Positions 9,430 through 17,349 of a stretch of 42,886 bases of DNA are shown in pieces. The position numbers and the translations under genes are program-made. Positions within the stretch are counted from its first letter, which is position 1. Every line of letters begins with the position of its first letter. The notes beneath the pieces are model-generated. The model searched no databases, was not told the DNA's origin, and saw only the letters and a program-made list of their open reading frames with translations. The stretch comes from a virus (Duplodnaviria; Caudoviricetes): positions 1 through 42,886 of IMG/VR virus record IMGVR_UViG_3300033562_000103, one strand, 5' to 3'.

Positions 9430-10256
9430 TTAACATTAACCTCCTTGCTAAACGTTTTTAACTCTTCATTCATAATCTTGTCGAATTCTTCATCGACCAA
9501 TGTTGATTCAACTTCAATATCATCTTCCTGCTTATATAAAATATCAGGAACCGATTTACGCTTTGCTTGTTCTTCGTTCTTCTTAAATTCCATATCTGAA
9601 CTTTCTTCATACGCTTTACCTTGTTCGATGCTTGCAAAGTCTTTTTCTATCTTCTTGGTCAATCTCCGCAATACCGTTTTCTTATATGCTTCTTCTGGTG
9701 TTTTGCTCCACATTAACCCATTCTTCATCTTACTAAAATTGTTTCTAATGCCCTCTATTTGCTCTGTACTCATTGTTTCGTACTCCATGCCACCATCTAT
9801 ATATAATACGATTGCAAAAGCCCCTACGATCTCTTTATTGCTGAATGACAGTGGTTTGAAGTTTACTATTTGTTGTCCTTCTCTGATTTCTTCCTCAAAA
9901 AAGTCACCATCACGAACAACCTTAGCATAAATGTCTTTAATTCTTCTAATACTATACTTTTTAGCCATTTTAGTTTCACCCTTATAATCGGTTTGAAACG
10001 TTAGACTGTTGCCGTATGGAATTGCGTAACATTCACGTTGAAAGAAATCTAGTCCAAGGAACGCTCCTTTTAAAAGCGTTCGTGCGATTGACACAGGTTG
10101 ACACTTCTCGATTTCTTTAGTATCTTGCAATACTGTCATGCAATTCTGTAAAAACCTAGTTTGATTAAAGTCTTTAGGCATTGCATCCTGTTTACTTGTT
10201 AATAGTGTCATTAGGTTTTTATGTGTTTCTGCTAGTACTAGTTGCTTGTCAGCCAT
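9426..10256 (-). CDS. recT: RecT-family ssDNA annealing recombinase
   Basis: GLD...CYAIPYG...FQTDYKG...W...EEAYKKTVLRRL. Confidence 0.92.
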   Translation of the reverse strand: MADKQLVLAETHKNLMTLLTSKQDAMPKDFNQTRFLQNCMTVLQDTKEIEKCQPVSIARTLLKGAFLGLDFFQRECYAIPYGNSLTFQTDYKGETKMAKKYSIRRIKDIYAKVVRDGDFFEEEIREGQQIVNFKPLSFSNKEIVGAFAIVLYIDGGMEYETMSTEQIEGIRNNFSKMKNGLMWSKTPEEAYKKTVLRRLTKKIEKDFASIEQGKAYEESSDMEFKKNEEQAKRKSVPDILYKQEDDIEVESTLVDEEFDKIMNEELKTFSKEVNVK

Positions 10257-10273
10257 AATTATTCACATTCCTT

Positions 10274-10456
10274 TTAAATCAAATTTTGAAATTTGTCTCT
10301 TAGTTTACTGGTTGCTGTTGATAAACTATCAATTTTGTTCATAATATCTTCTAACGTTGTTTCCGCTTCTTCAAGAGTTTCAATGCCTTTTATATTATTT
10401 TCTAATTGTTTTGACATTTTATCTAATTCACTAATAACGCTATCTAAATCTCTCAT
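10274..10456 (-). CDS. Small coiled-coil protein
   Basis: 60-aa ORF with heptad pattern, coupled to the upstream gene. Confidence 0.6.
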   Translation of the reverse strand: MRDLDSVISELDKMSKQLENNIKGIETLEEAETTLEDIMNKIDSLSTATSKLRDKFQNLI

Positions 10457-10659
10457 TATTCACATTCCTTTTCGTATAAAATCTGTTCGTCTTTATGATA
10501 TTTTGAGCAATATATTTTACCGTCATTAATTAGTTCTTCACCTTCTAATATTGGCAATCCGCATAATTCAAAGTCGCATATTCCTATATATCTATTACGC
10601 GGTTCTTCACTCGCTTGTTGCTGTTCTTCTGTATAATATTCTGTTATGTCTGTCAACAT
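10456..10659 (-). CDS. Small Cys-containing hypothetical protein
   Basis: GICDFELCGLPILEG...YCS. Confidence 0.6.
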   Translation of the reverse strand: MLTDITEYYTEEQQQASEEPRNRYIGICDFELCGLPILEGEELINDGKIYCSKYHKDEQILYEKECE

Positions 10660-10838
10660 TATAAAACAACCTTTCTTTTATTTAAGTAACTTTCTAGACA
10701 TCCGCTATACACAGTATTTATTCCAAAATTAAAAGTAGTCATTCCTGAATATAGTTCCTTATTGCAACCGCAATTGCATTTACCCATATAATCAGCTTCA
10801 AAATCCAATTCTTTTTTAATATCAATTTCAATTATCAT
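10659..10838 (-). CDS. Small Cys-containing hypothetical protein (59 aa, not in ORF track)
   Basis: MIIEIDIKKELDFEADYMGKCNCGCNKELYSG...; TAATG coupling at both ends. Confidence 0.55.
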   Translation of the reverse strand: MIIEIDIKKELDFEADYMGKCNCGCNKELYSGMTTFNFGINTVYSGCLESYLNKRKVVL

Positions 10839-10981
10839 TATTTAACACCTCTATCTTTTTTCCATTCGATTGCTTCTTTGTCAATAGGTGATGGGCAAAA
10901 GTTGATAACACCGCAATTAATACACTCATTCGGTCTTCGCGGATCTTCTTCGCAAGGTCTGTTTTCTTTTTCATTATTCAA
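10838..10981 (-). CDS. Small Cys-rich hypothetical protein
   Basis: LNNEKENRPC...CINC...FCP; probable TTG start after AAGGA. Confidence 0.5.
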   Translation of the reverse strand: MNNEKENRPCEEDPRRPNECINCGVINFCPSPIDKEAIEWKKDRGVK

Positions 10982-10995
10982 AATTACACATCCTT

Positions 10996-11103
10996 TCACC
11001 TTATGGTTACTATTGCGACTATCGCTATCCAAATTACTATACCAATTGCTATTCCTAAAACAATTCCCTTTGCAGGCTTTAAATCATCATCATAATTTTC
11101 CAT
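10996..11103 (-). CDS. Small single-pass membrane protein (35 aa, not in ORF track)
   Basis: MENYDDDLKPAKGIVLGIAIGIVIWIAIVAIVTIR. Confidence 0.6.
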   Translation of the reverse strand: MENYDDDLKPAKGIVLGIAIGIVIWIAIVAIVTIR

Positions 11104-11266
11104 CTAGCAACACCCTTTCGAAATCATCACGTTTAATTAACAATTTGTTTTTGATTCCTACGTTAATTTTTACTGATGGTATAACTCCTGTTTCGCAATA
11201 CCTGTAAATTGTTGGTCTTGTTACTCCTATTCTTTTGGCACACTCACTTACTTTAATATAATCCAT
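11090..11266 (-). CDS. Excisionase-like winged HTH (HTH_17) DNA-binding protein (58 aa, not in ORF track)
   Basis: MDYIKVSECAKRIGVTRPTIYRYCETGVIPSVKI...IKRDDF; AGGAGG RBS. Confidence 0.82.
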   Translation of the reverse strand: MDYIKVSECAKRIGVTRPTIYRYCETGVIPSVKINVGIKNKLLIKRDDFERVLLDGKL

Positions 11267-11275
11267 TTCTTCCTC

Positions 11276-11434
11276 CTAATTTTCCAATGCTTCAATCCGG
11301 CATTTAATGCACGTTGGTTTGTATGTTCCGCATAATTCGTGATCTTTAAGTCCTAACGAACACGGACAATCTCCAGAGATGCTAATTCCCATGCTGTAAA
11401 TAATTTTAACTTTTTCAATTTCTTCGCATGCCAT
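11276..11434 (-). CDS. Small Cys-rich hypothetical protein (52 aa, not in ORF track)
   Basis: MACEEIEK...CPCSLGL...C...CIKC; first gene after the promoter. Confidence 0.55.
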   Translation of the reverse strand: MACEEIEKVKIIYSMGISISGDCPCSLGLKDHELCGTYKPTCIKCRIEALEN

Positions 11435-11470
11435 TTAATTCGCCCCCATTTATTTCGTTTCCGTGTCCTT

Positions 11471-11499
11471 ATATTACTATACAAATAATATAAAGTCAA
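11471..11499 (-). promoter_or_regulatory. SigA-type promoter of the early recombination operon
   Basis: TTGACT-17 bp-TAATAT, overlapped by two ATACAAATA direct repeats. Confidence 0.7.
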
Positions 11500-11543
11500 T
11501 ACAAATATTATACTATTTTATATGTTTTGTAATATTTGTTGAT

Positions 11544-11573
11544 AAAGAAAAACCACCTACATTGTAAGTGGTT
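11544..11573 (-). terminator. Intrinsic terminator after the lysis cassette
   Basis: AACCACTTACA/TGTAGGTGGTT hairpin followed by a T-tract on the minus strand. Confidence 0.7.
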
Positions 11574-11600
11574 GAACTGTTAAGAATTATTTAATAGTTG

Positions 11601-12029
11601 CTATTTTTTAAACAATAACGCTACAACTCCAACAATAACTAAATCGCGTTGTAGTTTTAACTTCCTGATTTCCGAATTAGTTTCTTTTTCGTACGTTGTC
11701 AATAATTGATTTGCTTTCGCCAATGATTCTGCTGCTTTCATCGACTCTTGCTTGGCTGTTTTCGATTCTACGCTCAACTGTAATAACTCTTTCTGTGTTG
11801 TTAACAATTCTTTCTGACACACTACCAAGTCTGTTCGCACTAGAATTAAGTCCTTTTTCGATTGTGTCAAGTCGATTGTTAACTGATTGTTGATATCTGC
11901 TAGTTTCGTCAAGTTGTTGTCTAACTGGTTCAATTCGTTGTCGGTTATCTCCATTGCTGAACACGTTCCACCCAATGATGCAACAAACAATAAGAACAAC
12001 GCCAATAATAATAATATTCTTTTTTTCAC
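11601..12029 (-). CDS. Secreted coiled-coil protein, putative outer (Rz1-like) spanin component
   Basis: GTG start with its own AAGGAG RBS; signal peptide MKKRILLLLALFLLFVASLGGTCSA; long heptad region; hydrophobic C-terminus; overlaps its partner by 353 nt. Confidence 0.6.
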   Translation of the reverse strand: MKKRILLLLALFLLFVASLGGTCSAMEITDNELNQLDNNLTKLADINNQLTIDLTQSKKDLILVRTDLVVCQKELLTTQKELLQLSVESKTAKQESMKAAESLAKANQLLTTYEKETNSEIRKLKLQRDLVIVGVVALLFKK

Positions 12030-12060
12030 TACGTATTTTCTCCTTTATTTCATTAATCAT
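11677..12060 (-). CDS. N-terminally anchored coiled-coil protein, putative inner (Rz-like) spanin
   Basis: Basic N-terminus, TM IIIIGVVLIVCCIIGW, then about 90 aa of heptads; start overlaps the endolysin stop. Confidence 0.62.
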   Translation of the reverse strand: MINEIKEKIRSEKKNIIIIGVVLIVCCIIGWNVFSNGDNRQRIEPVRQQLDETSRYQQSVNNRLDTIEKGLNSSANRLGSVSERIVNNTERVITVERRIENSQARVDESSRIIGESKSIIDNVRKRN

Positions 12061-12424
12061 TTTCAGTCCATCTCGCATATTCTCCACGTACATCGATATG
12101 AACAAATCCCTGCGACCAATACTTTCCTATTCCATCTGCTCCGCATTCTTCTGCGATTTGTGCTAGATAATCAACATCAATTCCATCATAACTTAAATCC
12201 GCTGCCGTCCCTTCTACGTGTTGAGAATTCGGAACACCTCCTACAAATTTATTGTGAACTGGACAACGATAACCGGAATTAATATAAATAGGTTTACCTA
12301 GTTTCTCTCTAATGGCATCTAAAACTTCCATTAGTCGACTATTAACTCCTTCGCCTACATTGCATAACCCTTGGCATTCATCACCGTTACAAGCTAATTC
12401 TGAATCTTTAAACCACTTACTCAT
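12053..12424 (-). CDS. Endolysin, peptidase M15A (Zn D-Ala-D-Ala carboxypeptidase-like)
   Basis: SGYRCPVHN, SQH...AAD, FVHID motifs; no cell-wall-binding domain. Confidence 0.9.
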   Translation of the reverse strand: MSKWFKDSELACNGDECQGLCNVGEGVNSRLMEVLDAIREKLGKPIYINSGYRCPVHNKFVGGVPNSQHVEGTAADLSYDGIDVDYLAQIAEECGADGIGKYWSQGFVHIDVRGEYARWTEND

Positions 12425-12573
12425 TTGTCATTACCTCCGCTGTTTTTATCATTCATATCTTTACTAATATCTACTTCCCTTAACTCGCCTTTACAATAAC
12501 CACATATCTGATTTTTAAGTGTATTGGCAGTATACCAAATTGCTTTACATTTAATACATAGTAATTTAATCAC
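12421..12573 (-). CDS. Zinc-ribbon protein (50 aa, not in ORF track)
   Basis: MIKLLCIKCKAIWYTANTLKNQICGYCKGEL...; GTGA and ATGA overlaps with both neighbours. Confidence 0.65.
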   Translation of the reverse strand: MIKLLCIKCKAIWYTANTLKNQICGYCKGELREVDISKDMNDKNSGGNDK

Positions 12574-12797
12574 AACGGCTTACCATCCTCGCTGTTCTTC
12601 CAACTATCGGCACAATATTTAACAGATGCCAGTATTCCTGCCCCTCCCAATGCAGAAATTCCACCCCAACAACTTGCAAGGTCGAACTTTAGTCCCAGTA
12701 AGGCATTTCCAAAATAACCAATTGACCAAAAAATAAACAATAATAAAAACATACAAGCAAATATTTCTATTAGATGTTTCTTAATTTTATTAAACAT
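12570..12797 (-). CDS. Putative holin (two TM segments)
   Basis: Two hydrophobic helices and a charged C-terminus, in the lysis cassette. Confidence 0.6.
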   Translation of the reverse strand: MFNKIKKHLIEIFACMFLLLFIFWSIGYFGNALLGLKFDLASCWGGISALGGAGILASVKYCADSWKNSEDGKPL

Positions 12798-13125
12798 TTT
12801 GATTTCCACTAATCTTAGTCTTAATAATCAACATATCATTTTTAATAGTATCAACATCGTGTTGCAGATTAGGAATAATCTCTAATTTCCTTGCAATGTT
12901 ATTTAATTCTTGTGTGTTTTTACCTAACGCTTCAAGCCACTCCTTGCGCTCCTGCTTGCGTTCTTCCTTGATCTCCTTATATTCGTCTAGCAATCGTTTT
13001 TCTTCGTCTGTGTGTCGTTCCGAGAGTGTTTTTATGTCCTTGTCATTACGTCTTACCAAGTAAATGCAGAAACATAGCAATACGCCCACAACAGTTACAT
13101 TGTTAATAGTTAATAAATCCATCAT
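12790..13125 (-). CDS. BhlA/UviB-like holin or lysis-associated membrane protein
   Basis: Single N-terminal TM, EEKRLL coiled coil, C-terminal DVDTIK. Confidence 0.65.
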   Translation of the reverse strand: MMDLLTINNVTVVGVLLCFCIYLVRRNDKDIKTLSERHTDEEKRLLDEYKEIKEERKQERKEWLEALGKNTQELNNIARKLEIIPNLQHDVDTIKNDMLIIKTKISGNQNV

Positions 13126-13538
13126 TTTCTTACCTCCTCGCAGCTTATTAAAGTTTCTAATCTTGACATTGATTCGTCACCGATTCCGCGTAGTTTTGTA
13201 ATGTCATGAATGTTTTTGTATGGTCTGTTATTGACAATAATGTTTGCTTTTTTAAAATCAACACTTGGCAACGTCTTTAATTCCTCAATTGTTGCGGTAT
13301 TGATATTTACTTTTTGCTTTTCTGGAAATTTATTAATGTATACATTTTGAGATTGTGTAATTGTTGGTTGCGATTTTATTATAAAGTATGTTGATAGCGA
13401 TGATAGCGCACATAAGCACACTATCAACATTATCAAATTAAATTGTATTTTGCGTTGCAATTCGATTGTCTCCACCTCCGCGTAGCTATTTAAAAACTTA
13501 TTTACTTCTGCAACATTTTTTGTTTGTACATTTTCCAT
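13122..13538 (-). CDS. Membrane-anchored ComEA-like helix-hairpin-helix DNA-binding protein
   Basis: TM segment, then KVNINTATIEELKTLP...A..IV..RPYKNIHDITKLRGIG. Confidence 0.82.
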   Translation of the reverse strand: MENVQTKNVAEVNKFLNSYAEVETIELQRKIQFNLIMLIVCLCALSSLSTYFIIKSQPTITQSQNVYINKFPEKQKVNINTATIEELKTLPSVDFKKANIIVNNRPYKNIHDITKLRGIGDESMSRLETLISCEEVRK

Positions 13539-13567
13539 CTACCATTTTTGCGCCACAAATAAAACAA

Positions 13568-13948
13568 TCATCCATTATTAATTTTCTCCTTTTCTTCTTC
13601 ATATTTTTTAATTAAGTCTTGTTTTTCTTGTTGTTTAATATTCATTAATTCTGTATTATTATCCATATTTGCATTAGCCCATGATTGTGTTATTTTTAAA
13701 AATTTTGGTTGATATTCGTTATCTAATATTAATATTTTTTTTGTTTTTATTTCTTCTGTACTTGGTTCTTTTGGTTTTATAAATGTAAAAACACCACTAA
13801 TAACTTTATAATTTTGATCTTTATTTAAAAAATCATTATGTTCTTCTTCGGTTAATTTAATAACCGGTTTAGGAATATTAGAATGAATTTCCTCTAAATA
13901 AAAACCTAATATTTTACCTGTAGTTGGATCGTAATTTGCTGAATACAT
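13568..13948 (-). CDS. Tail fibre assembly chaperone-like protein
   Basis: GFYLEEIHSNIP...LTEEEH pattern; directly follows the fibre gene. Confidence 0.65.
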   Translation of the reverse strand: MYSANYDPTTGKILGFYLEEIHSNIPKPVIKLTEEEHNDFLNKDQNYKVISGVFTFIKPKEPSTEEIKTKKILILDNEYQPKFLKITQSWANANMDNNTELMNIKQQEKQDLIKKYEEEKEKINNG

Positions 13949-13965
13949 ATAATTACCACCTTTCT

Positions 13966-14667
13966 TTAATGACCAAACGCTATCCAATATATATTAGTTC
14001 CGTCCGTTCCTCCTGACCATGAAGAAATAATATTAAATGCTGTTTTTGTTGTAGATCCTGCATAAGCTCCTTCGTTTGCTCCCGCGGCTATTACTCCTGA
14101 ACTACCCAACGGTGAAGCCATTAGACATGCATTAGGAAAAGCCAAAGGGAATACTACATTTTTAACTTGTTCGTTCGATGTATAAGTTCCCGAATTTCCC
14201 CATTGTATAATTATACCACCTGGAAGTTTTTGCCAACCGTTAGCAATTTTGCTTTGGTTTAATCCAGTAAAATCGGTTAAATTAACTTTTCCACTAATAT
14301 CAGGTAATGGTAATCCAGTAAGTTTAGATCCATCAATTATTGGTAATCCAACAACACCACCACCAACATCTATTAACGAAAGTATATTACCTATTGTATT
14401 ACTAATTGTTTTATTTAATAAAGTTGTTGAATTATCTGCCTGTGACGAACTAGGAACTTTACCACTAACATTAACAGTAATTGTTTTTAAAATAAGATCG
14501 CTAACTAATGATATATTAGTTCCTTCAATTAATTTATCCGACTTATCGGAAACAAGTGTACCTATTTTAGTATCAATTAAATCACAATTACCGTTAAAAT
14601 CGTCAACGTTATAGTTTTCCGTTTGTAATGGTTTTTTTAAATTTATATTTGGCGTAAATGTTGGCAT
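13966..14667 (-). CDS. Short tail fibre protein (gp53-like C-terminal domain)
   Basis: N-terminal TPNINLKKP...FNGNCDLID anchor; GWQKLPGGIIIQWG...FPLAFPNAC...YWIAFGH. Confidence 0.85.
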   Translation of the reverse strand: MPTFTPNINLKKPLQTENYNVDDFNGNCDLIDTKIGTLVSDKSDKLIEGTNISLVSDLILKTITVNVSGKVPSSSQADNSTTLLNKTISNTIGNILSLIDVGGGVVGLPIIDGSKLTGLPLPDISGKVNLTDFTGLNQSKIANGWQKLPGGIIIQWGNSGTYTSNEQVKNVVFPLAFPNACLMASPLGSSGVIAAGANEGAYAGSTTKTAFNIISSWSGGTDGTNIYWIAFGH

Positions 14668-15275
14668 TAAATCACCCCTTGTCTTATTATATTATGAGTA
14701 AAACCACTTAATTGTTCATGTGTTTTATTTACTAATTCTTGATGCCTACGAAATTTAAATTCATATCGTACATTTAAATGAGCAGGTTTAATTTCTTCAA
14801 TTGCGTTATAAACATCTTGCATATTAGGAGGTATACCTATTTCGTTATTAAATACTATTTTAAATTCGTAATCATTTAACGATAGTTTTGCATGTGTAAA
14901 TTGTTTCATTTGTTCGTGAGTGTATTTTTTGTTTAGTTCGTAGTGAGTTAAAAATTCAACAATTTCTACATCGCCATTTGTCCAACTATCTGCTACCTTT
15001 TTAACCATTGCCTTGGTGCAAGTACCAAAACCTCTCATTCGCGCCATTACGCGTGATCTTCGTTCGTTTAGTGACAAGTTTGGTTCAATTGGCAATCCGT
15101 ATTCGTACTCGTAATCCTTTAATGATCTATTTGATGCATTAACAATAAATTGCTTTTGCGCATCATCTTTGTAGGATTCTAGTAATGATATTTCCCTGTC
15201 GAATGCCTGTGTGATGTTTTTAATTATATCACTATTTAAATAATAACTAGGCAGGTGATAAATTATTTCTGCAAT
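14667..15275 (-). CDS. Baseplate protein, XkdU/YmfQ (DUF2313)-like; probable ATT start
   Basis: Frame is open 60 codons upstream of the tracked ORF (IAEIIYHLPSYY...); AGGAGG-8 nt-ATT; EEIKPAHL motif. Confidence 0.8.
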   Translation of the reverse strand: MAEIIYHLPSYYLNSDIIKNITQAFDREISLLESYKDDAQKQFIVNASNRSLKDYEYEYGLPIEPNLSLNERRSRVMARMRGFGTCTKAMVKKVADSWTNGDVEIVEFLTHYELNKKYTHEQMKQFTHAKLSLNDYEFKIVFNNEIGIPPNMQDVYNAIEEIKPAHLNVRYEFKFRRHQELVNKTHEQLSGFTHNIIRQGVI

Positions 15276-15293
15276 TTTAAAAACCTCCTATCA

Positions 15294-16352
15294 TTAACTT
15301 AATAACAACGTTCCAAGTGTTGGTATTTGCGTTTTAATATTGCTGTCAATTAAGTTAATGTTTACATCTGATCCATTTACTGTAAATAAATTATAATCAA
15401 TATCTGCTATTCCTTCGGTATTAAACAGTATATTTCCGATTTTAGCATAGTAAACATATTGATCAACAAAAGTAACTTCTTTAAAATAGTTATTTAGTTT
15501 TGTTGTTGCAATTGCGGTTACTTGTTGCAGTGTGTAATCCGCCTTTAGTGTCACCTTGCAACTAATGTTAATTGGCATGTTTTCAACTGTAGTTACTGTT
15601 ACACTTGCCCCTATAGGTCTTACTGTTTCGATGTAGTCATGCACTTGTATAATTAACTCGTTTGTTGCTATGGCTTTGTTACGATCCAATATAACTACTT
15701 TTACCGTACCGTTTCCGCTCCATAGCGGTTTTACTTTTACAGCCCCAACTCCGCTTACACTTTCTGCCCACTTTTGATAATGATATGCATTACCACTAGT
15801 TGATGGCCTGCGTACTTCGTTGTAATATCGTTGTAATAAAGTATCTCTGCTTTCTTCTTCGTACCCATTTGTTAATGCAGTTTCATTAGTTACAGAATTT
15901 AAACCTACATAAGTTTTTGGGAATTTAATAATGGTGTTTATTGGAGTGTTCCCCGCGATCCCTCCGACCGAACATTCTACTTTTGCAAGTGCAATCCCAT
16001 CTAATCCAATAATGTTTTCTTCTGTAACGACATATTCGTTTAGTTCGCTTGCAACAACATATCCGATCAATATCTTAGCGTTCGGCATGCCATTTATTTT
16101 AACTATTCCACTTGCCTTTGTAGCATCCTTCCAGTCTATTCCGCGTTCGTAGGAGATTACTTTAAGATTTTCAAAGTCTGCCGTACCTGCAAATTTCTGC
16201 TCTAATGCATCATCAATTTCAATATATTGACTTTCTAATTCAATCCCTAATCCCTGTGATAATTCCCATGTCAACGATCCTGTTAGTTTGTCGTATTTAT
16301 CATTTACGTTGGTTAGTATGCGCTCTCTGATTATATCCCTGCTATCTGCCAT
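15294..16352 (-). CDS. Baseplate J-like wedge protein (XkdT-like)
   Basis: GYEEESRDTLLQR, SGNAYHYQKWA, GTVKV, RPIGA. Confidence 0.92.
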   Translation of the reverse strand: MADSRDIIRERILTNVNDKYDKLTGSLTWELSQGLGIELESQYIEIDDALEQKFAGTADFENLKVISYERGIDWKDATKASGIVKINGMPNAKILIGYVVASELNEYVVTEENIIGLDGIALAKVECSVGGIAGNTPINTIIKFPKTYVGLNSVTNETALTNGYEEESRDTLLQRYYNEVRRPSTSGNAYHYQKWAESVSGVGAVKVKPLWSGNGTVKVVILDRNKAIATNELIIQVHDYIETVRPIGASVTVTTVENMPINISCKVTLKADYTLQQVTAIATTKLNNYFKEVTFVDQYVYYAKIGNILFNTEGIADIDYNLFTVNGSDVNINLIDSNIKTQIPTLGTLLLS

Positions 16353-16366
16353 ATTAATCCCCCTAG

Positions 16367-16951
16367 TTACATTTTAACATATATTTGTTCACCGAGTTTT
16401 GTTTTAAATAAAAACATTTCGCTTGTAAGTAATTTTATACCTACAAATTCTTGTATTTCTTCCAACGTATCTAATCTAGTGAAAGATTCATTATCAATTG
16501 CTCCAAATTGACTATCAGTTTCTGTTATTGCATTTAATTCAATTATCATACTTATTTCAACTTCCGAACTATCTGCAATTTTAGTTAATGTAAAATTATT
16601 AATTGATTTTATTCTTTCGTGCTGATAAATTGATTTCTTTAAATTATCTTCGAATTGCAATTTAATTATTGCAGGAGGCAACGCAACGCCTATAAACCGT
16701 TCTGTTCCAAAACCATAATCAGTATTTTTATAAACTTGTGCCCGTTCATATTCTGTCCTAATTGTTTTTTCGATCCAAAACACTACCGCTGCATCACCTG
16801 ACAATCCTATAAACTTGCCGTCTTGTAAAACAAATTCTCTTTTTGTAAAATCAAACAAAAAGTTGATCCCTCGATCTCTGATTATGTTTTCATTTGCCGT
16901 TAAATCTTCAACATTTAAGACTGTATTTGCACTACTAGGAAATAAACTCAT
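16367..16951 (-). CDS. Baseplate gp25/XkdS (DUF2634)-like protein with C-terminal extension
   Basis: FDF...F...G, WIEKTIRT, YG, HERI; position before baseplate J. Confidence 0.8.
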   Translation of the reverse strand: MSLFPSSANTVLNVEDLTANENIIRDRGINFLFDFTKREFVLQDGKFIGLSGDAAVVFWIEKTIRTEYERAQVYKNTDYGFGTERFIGVALPPAIIKLQFEDNLKKSIYQHERIKSINNFTLTKIADSSEVEISMIIELNAITETDSQFGAIDNESFTRLDTLEEIQEFVGIKLLTSEMFLFKTKLGEQIYVKM

Positions 16952-17349
16952 GGTCGCACCACCTTATCGAAAACATACCACATATTACCATTATGTATTG
17001 GGATTACTATATATTCATCGCCATTTTTTGGGTTATCAGTCCATGTTATTGATCCTGTTATGTCTGCTTTATAATCATGATCATGACTAGCAAATTCGGA
17101 ATCACCACTGCCACCCGACCTTACATCTGTTACGCCATACACAGGATTAATTAAAAAATCTCTCTTATAACCTGACAGAATGCTTTTAGACCACACAACA
17201 TTATTGTAATTTGCGCTAATAAATACGGAATCCTCAGTCTTTAAAACTAGTGGGGATTCCTGCACCACAAAAGCAGTTCCGATTTGAAAGGGAGAGGGAT
17301 TATCTCTCTCTTTAAACAATCCTGCCAATTCAGTCAACTTATCATCCAT
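16948..17349 (-). CDS. Baseplate spike (XkdR/DUF2577-like)
   Basis: IG.V....PL, FASHDHDY His motif, GDEYIVIP. Confidence 0.78.
   Translation of the reverse strand: MDDKLTELAGLFKERDNPSPFQIGTAFVVQESPLVLKTEDSVFISANYNNVVWSKSILSGYKRDFLINPVYGVTDVRSGGSGDSEFASHDHDYKADITGSITWTDNPKNGDEYIVIPIHNGNMWYVFDKVVRP

Noticed and set aside
13966-14667. Diversity-generating retroelement or invertible tail-fibre cassette
   Set aside because: No reverse transcriptase, invertase, template repeat or inverted fibre copy was seen.
14667-14960. THEQ-type His repeats in the XkdU-like protein as a novel motif
   Set aside because: Short amphipathic repeats of this kind are common in DUF2313-like baseplate proteins; low novelty.
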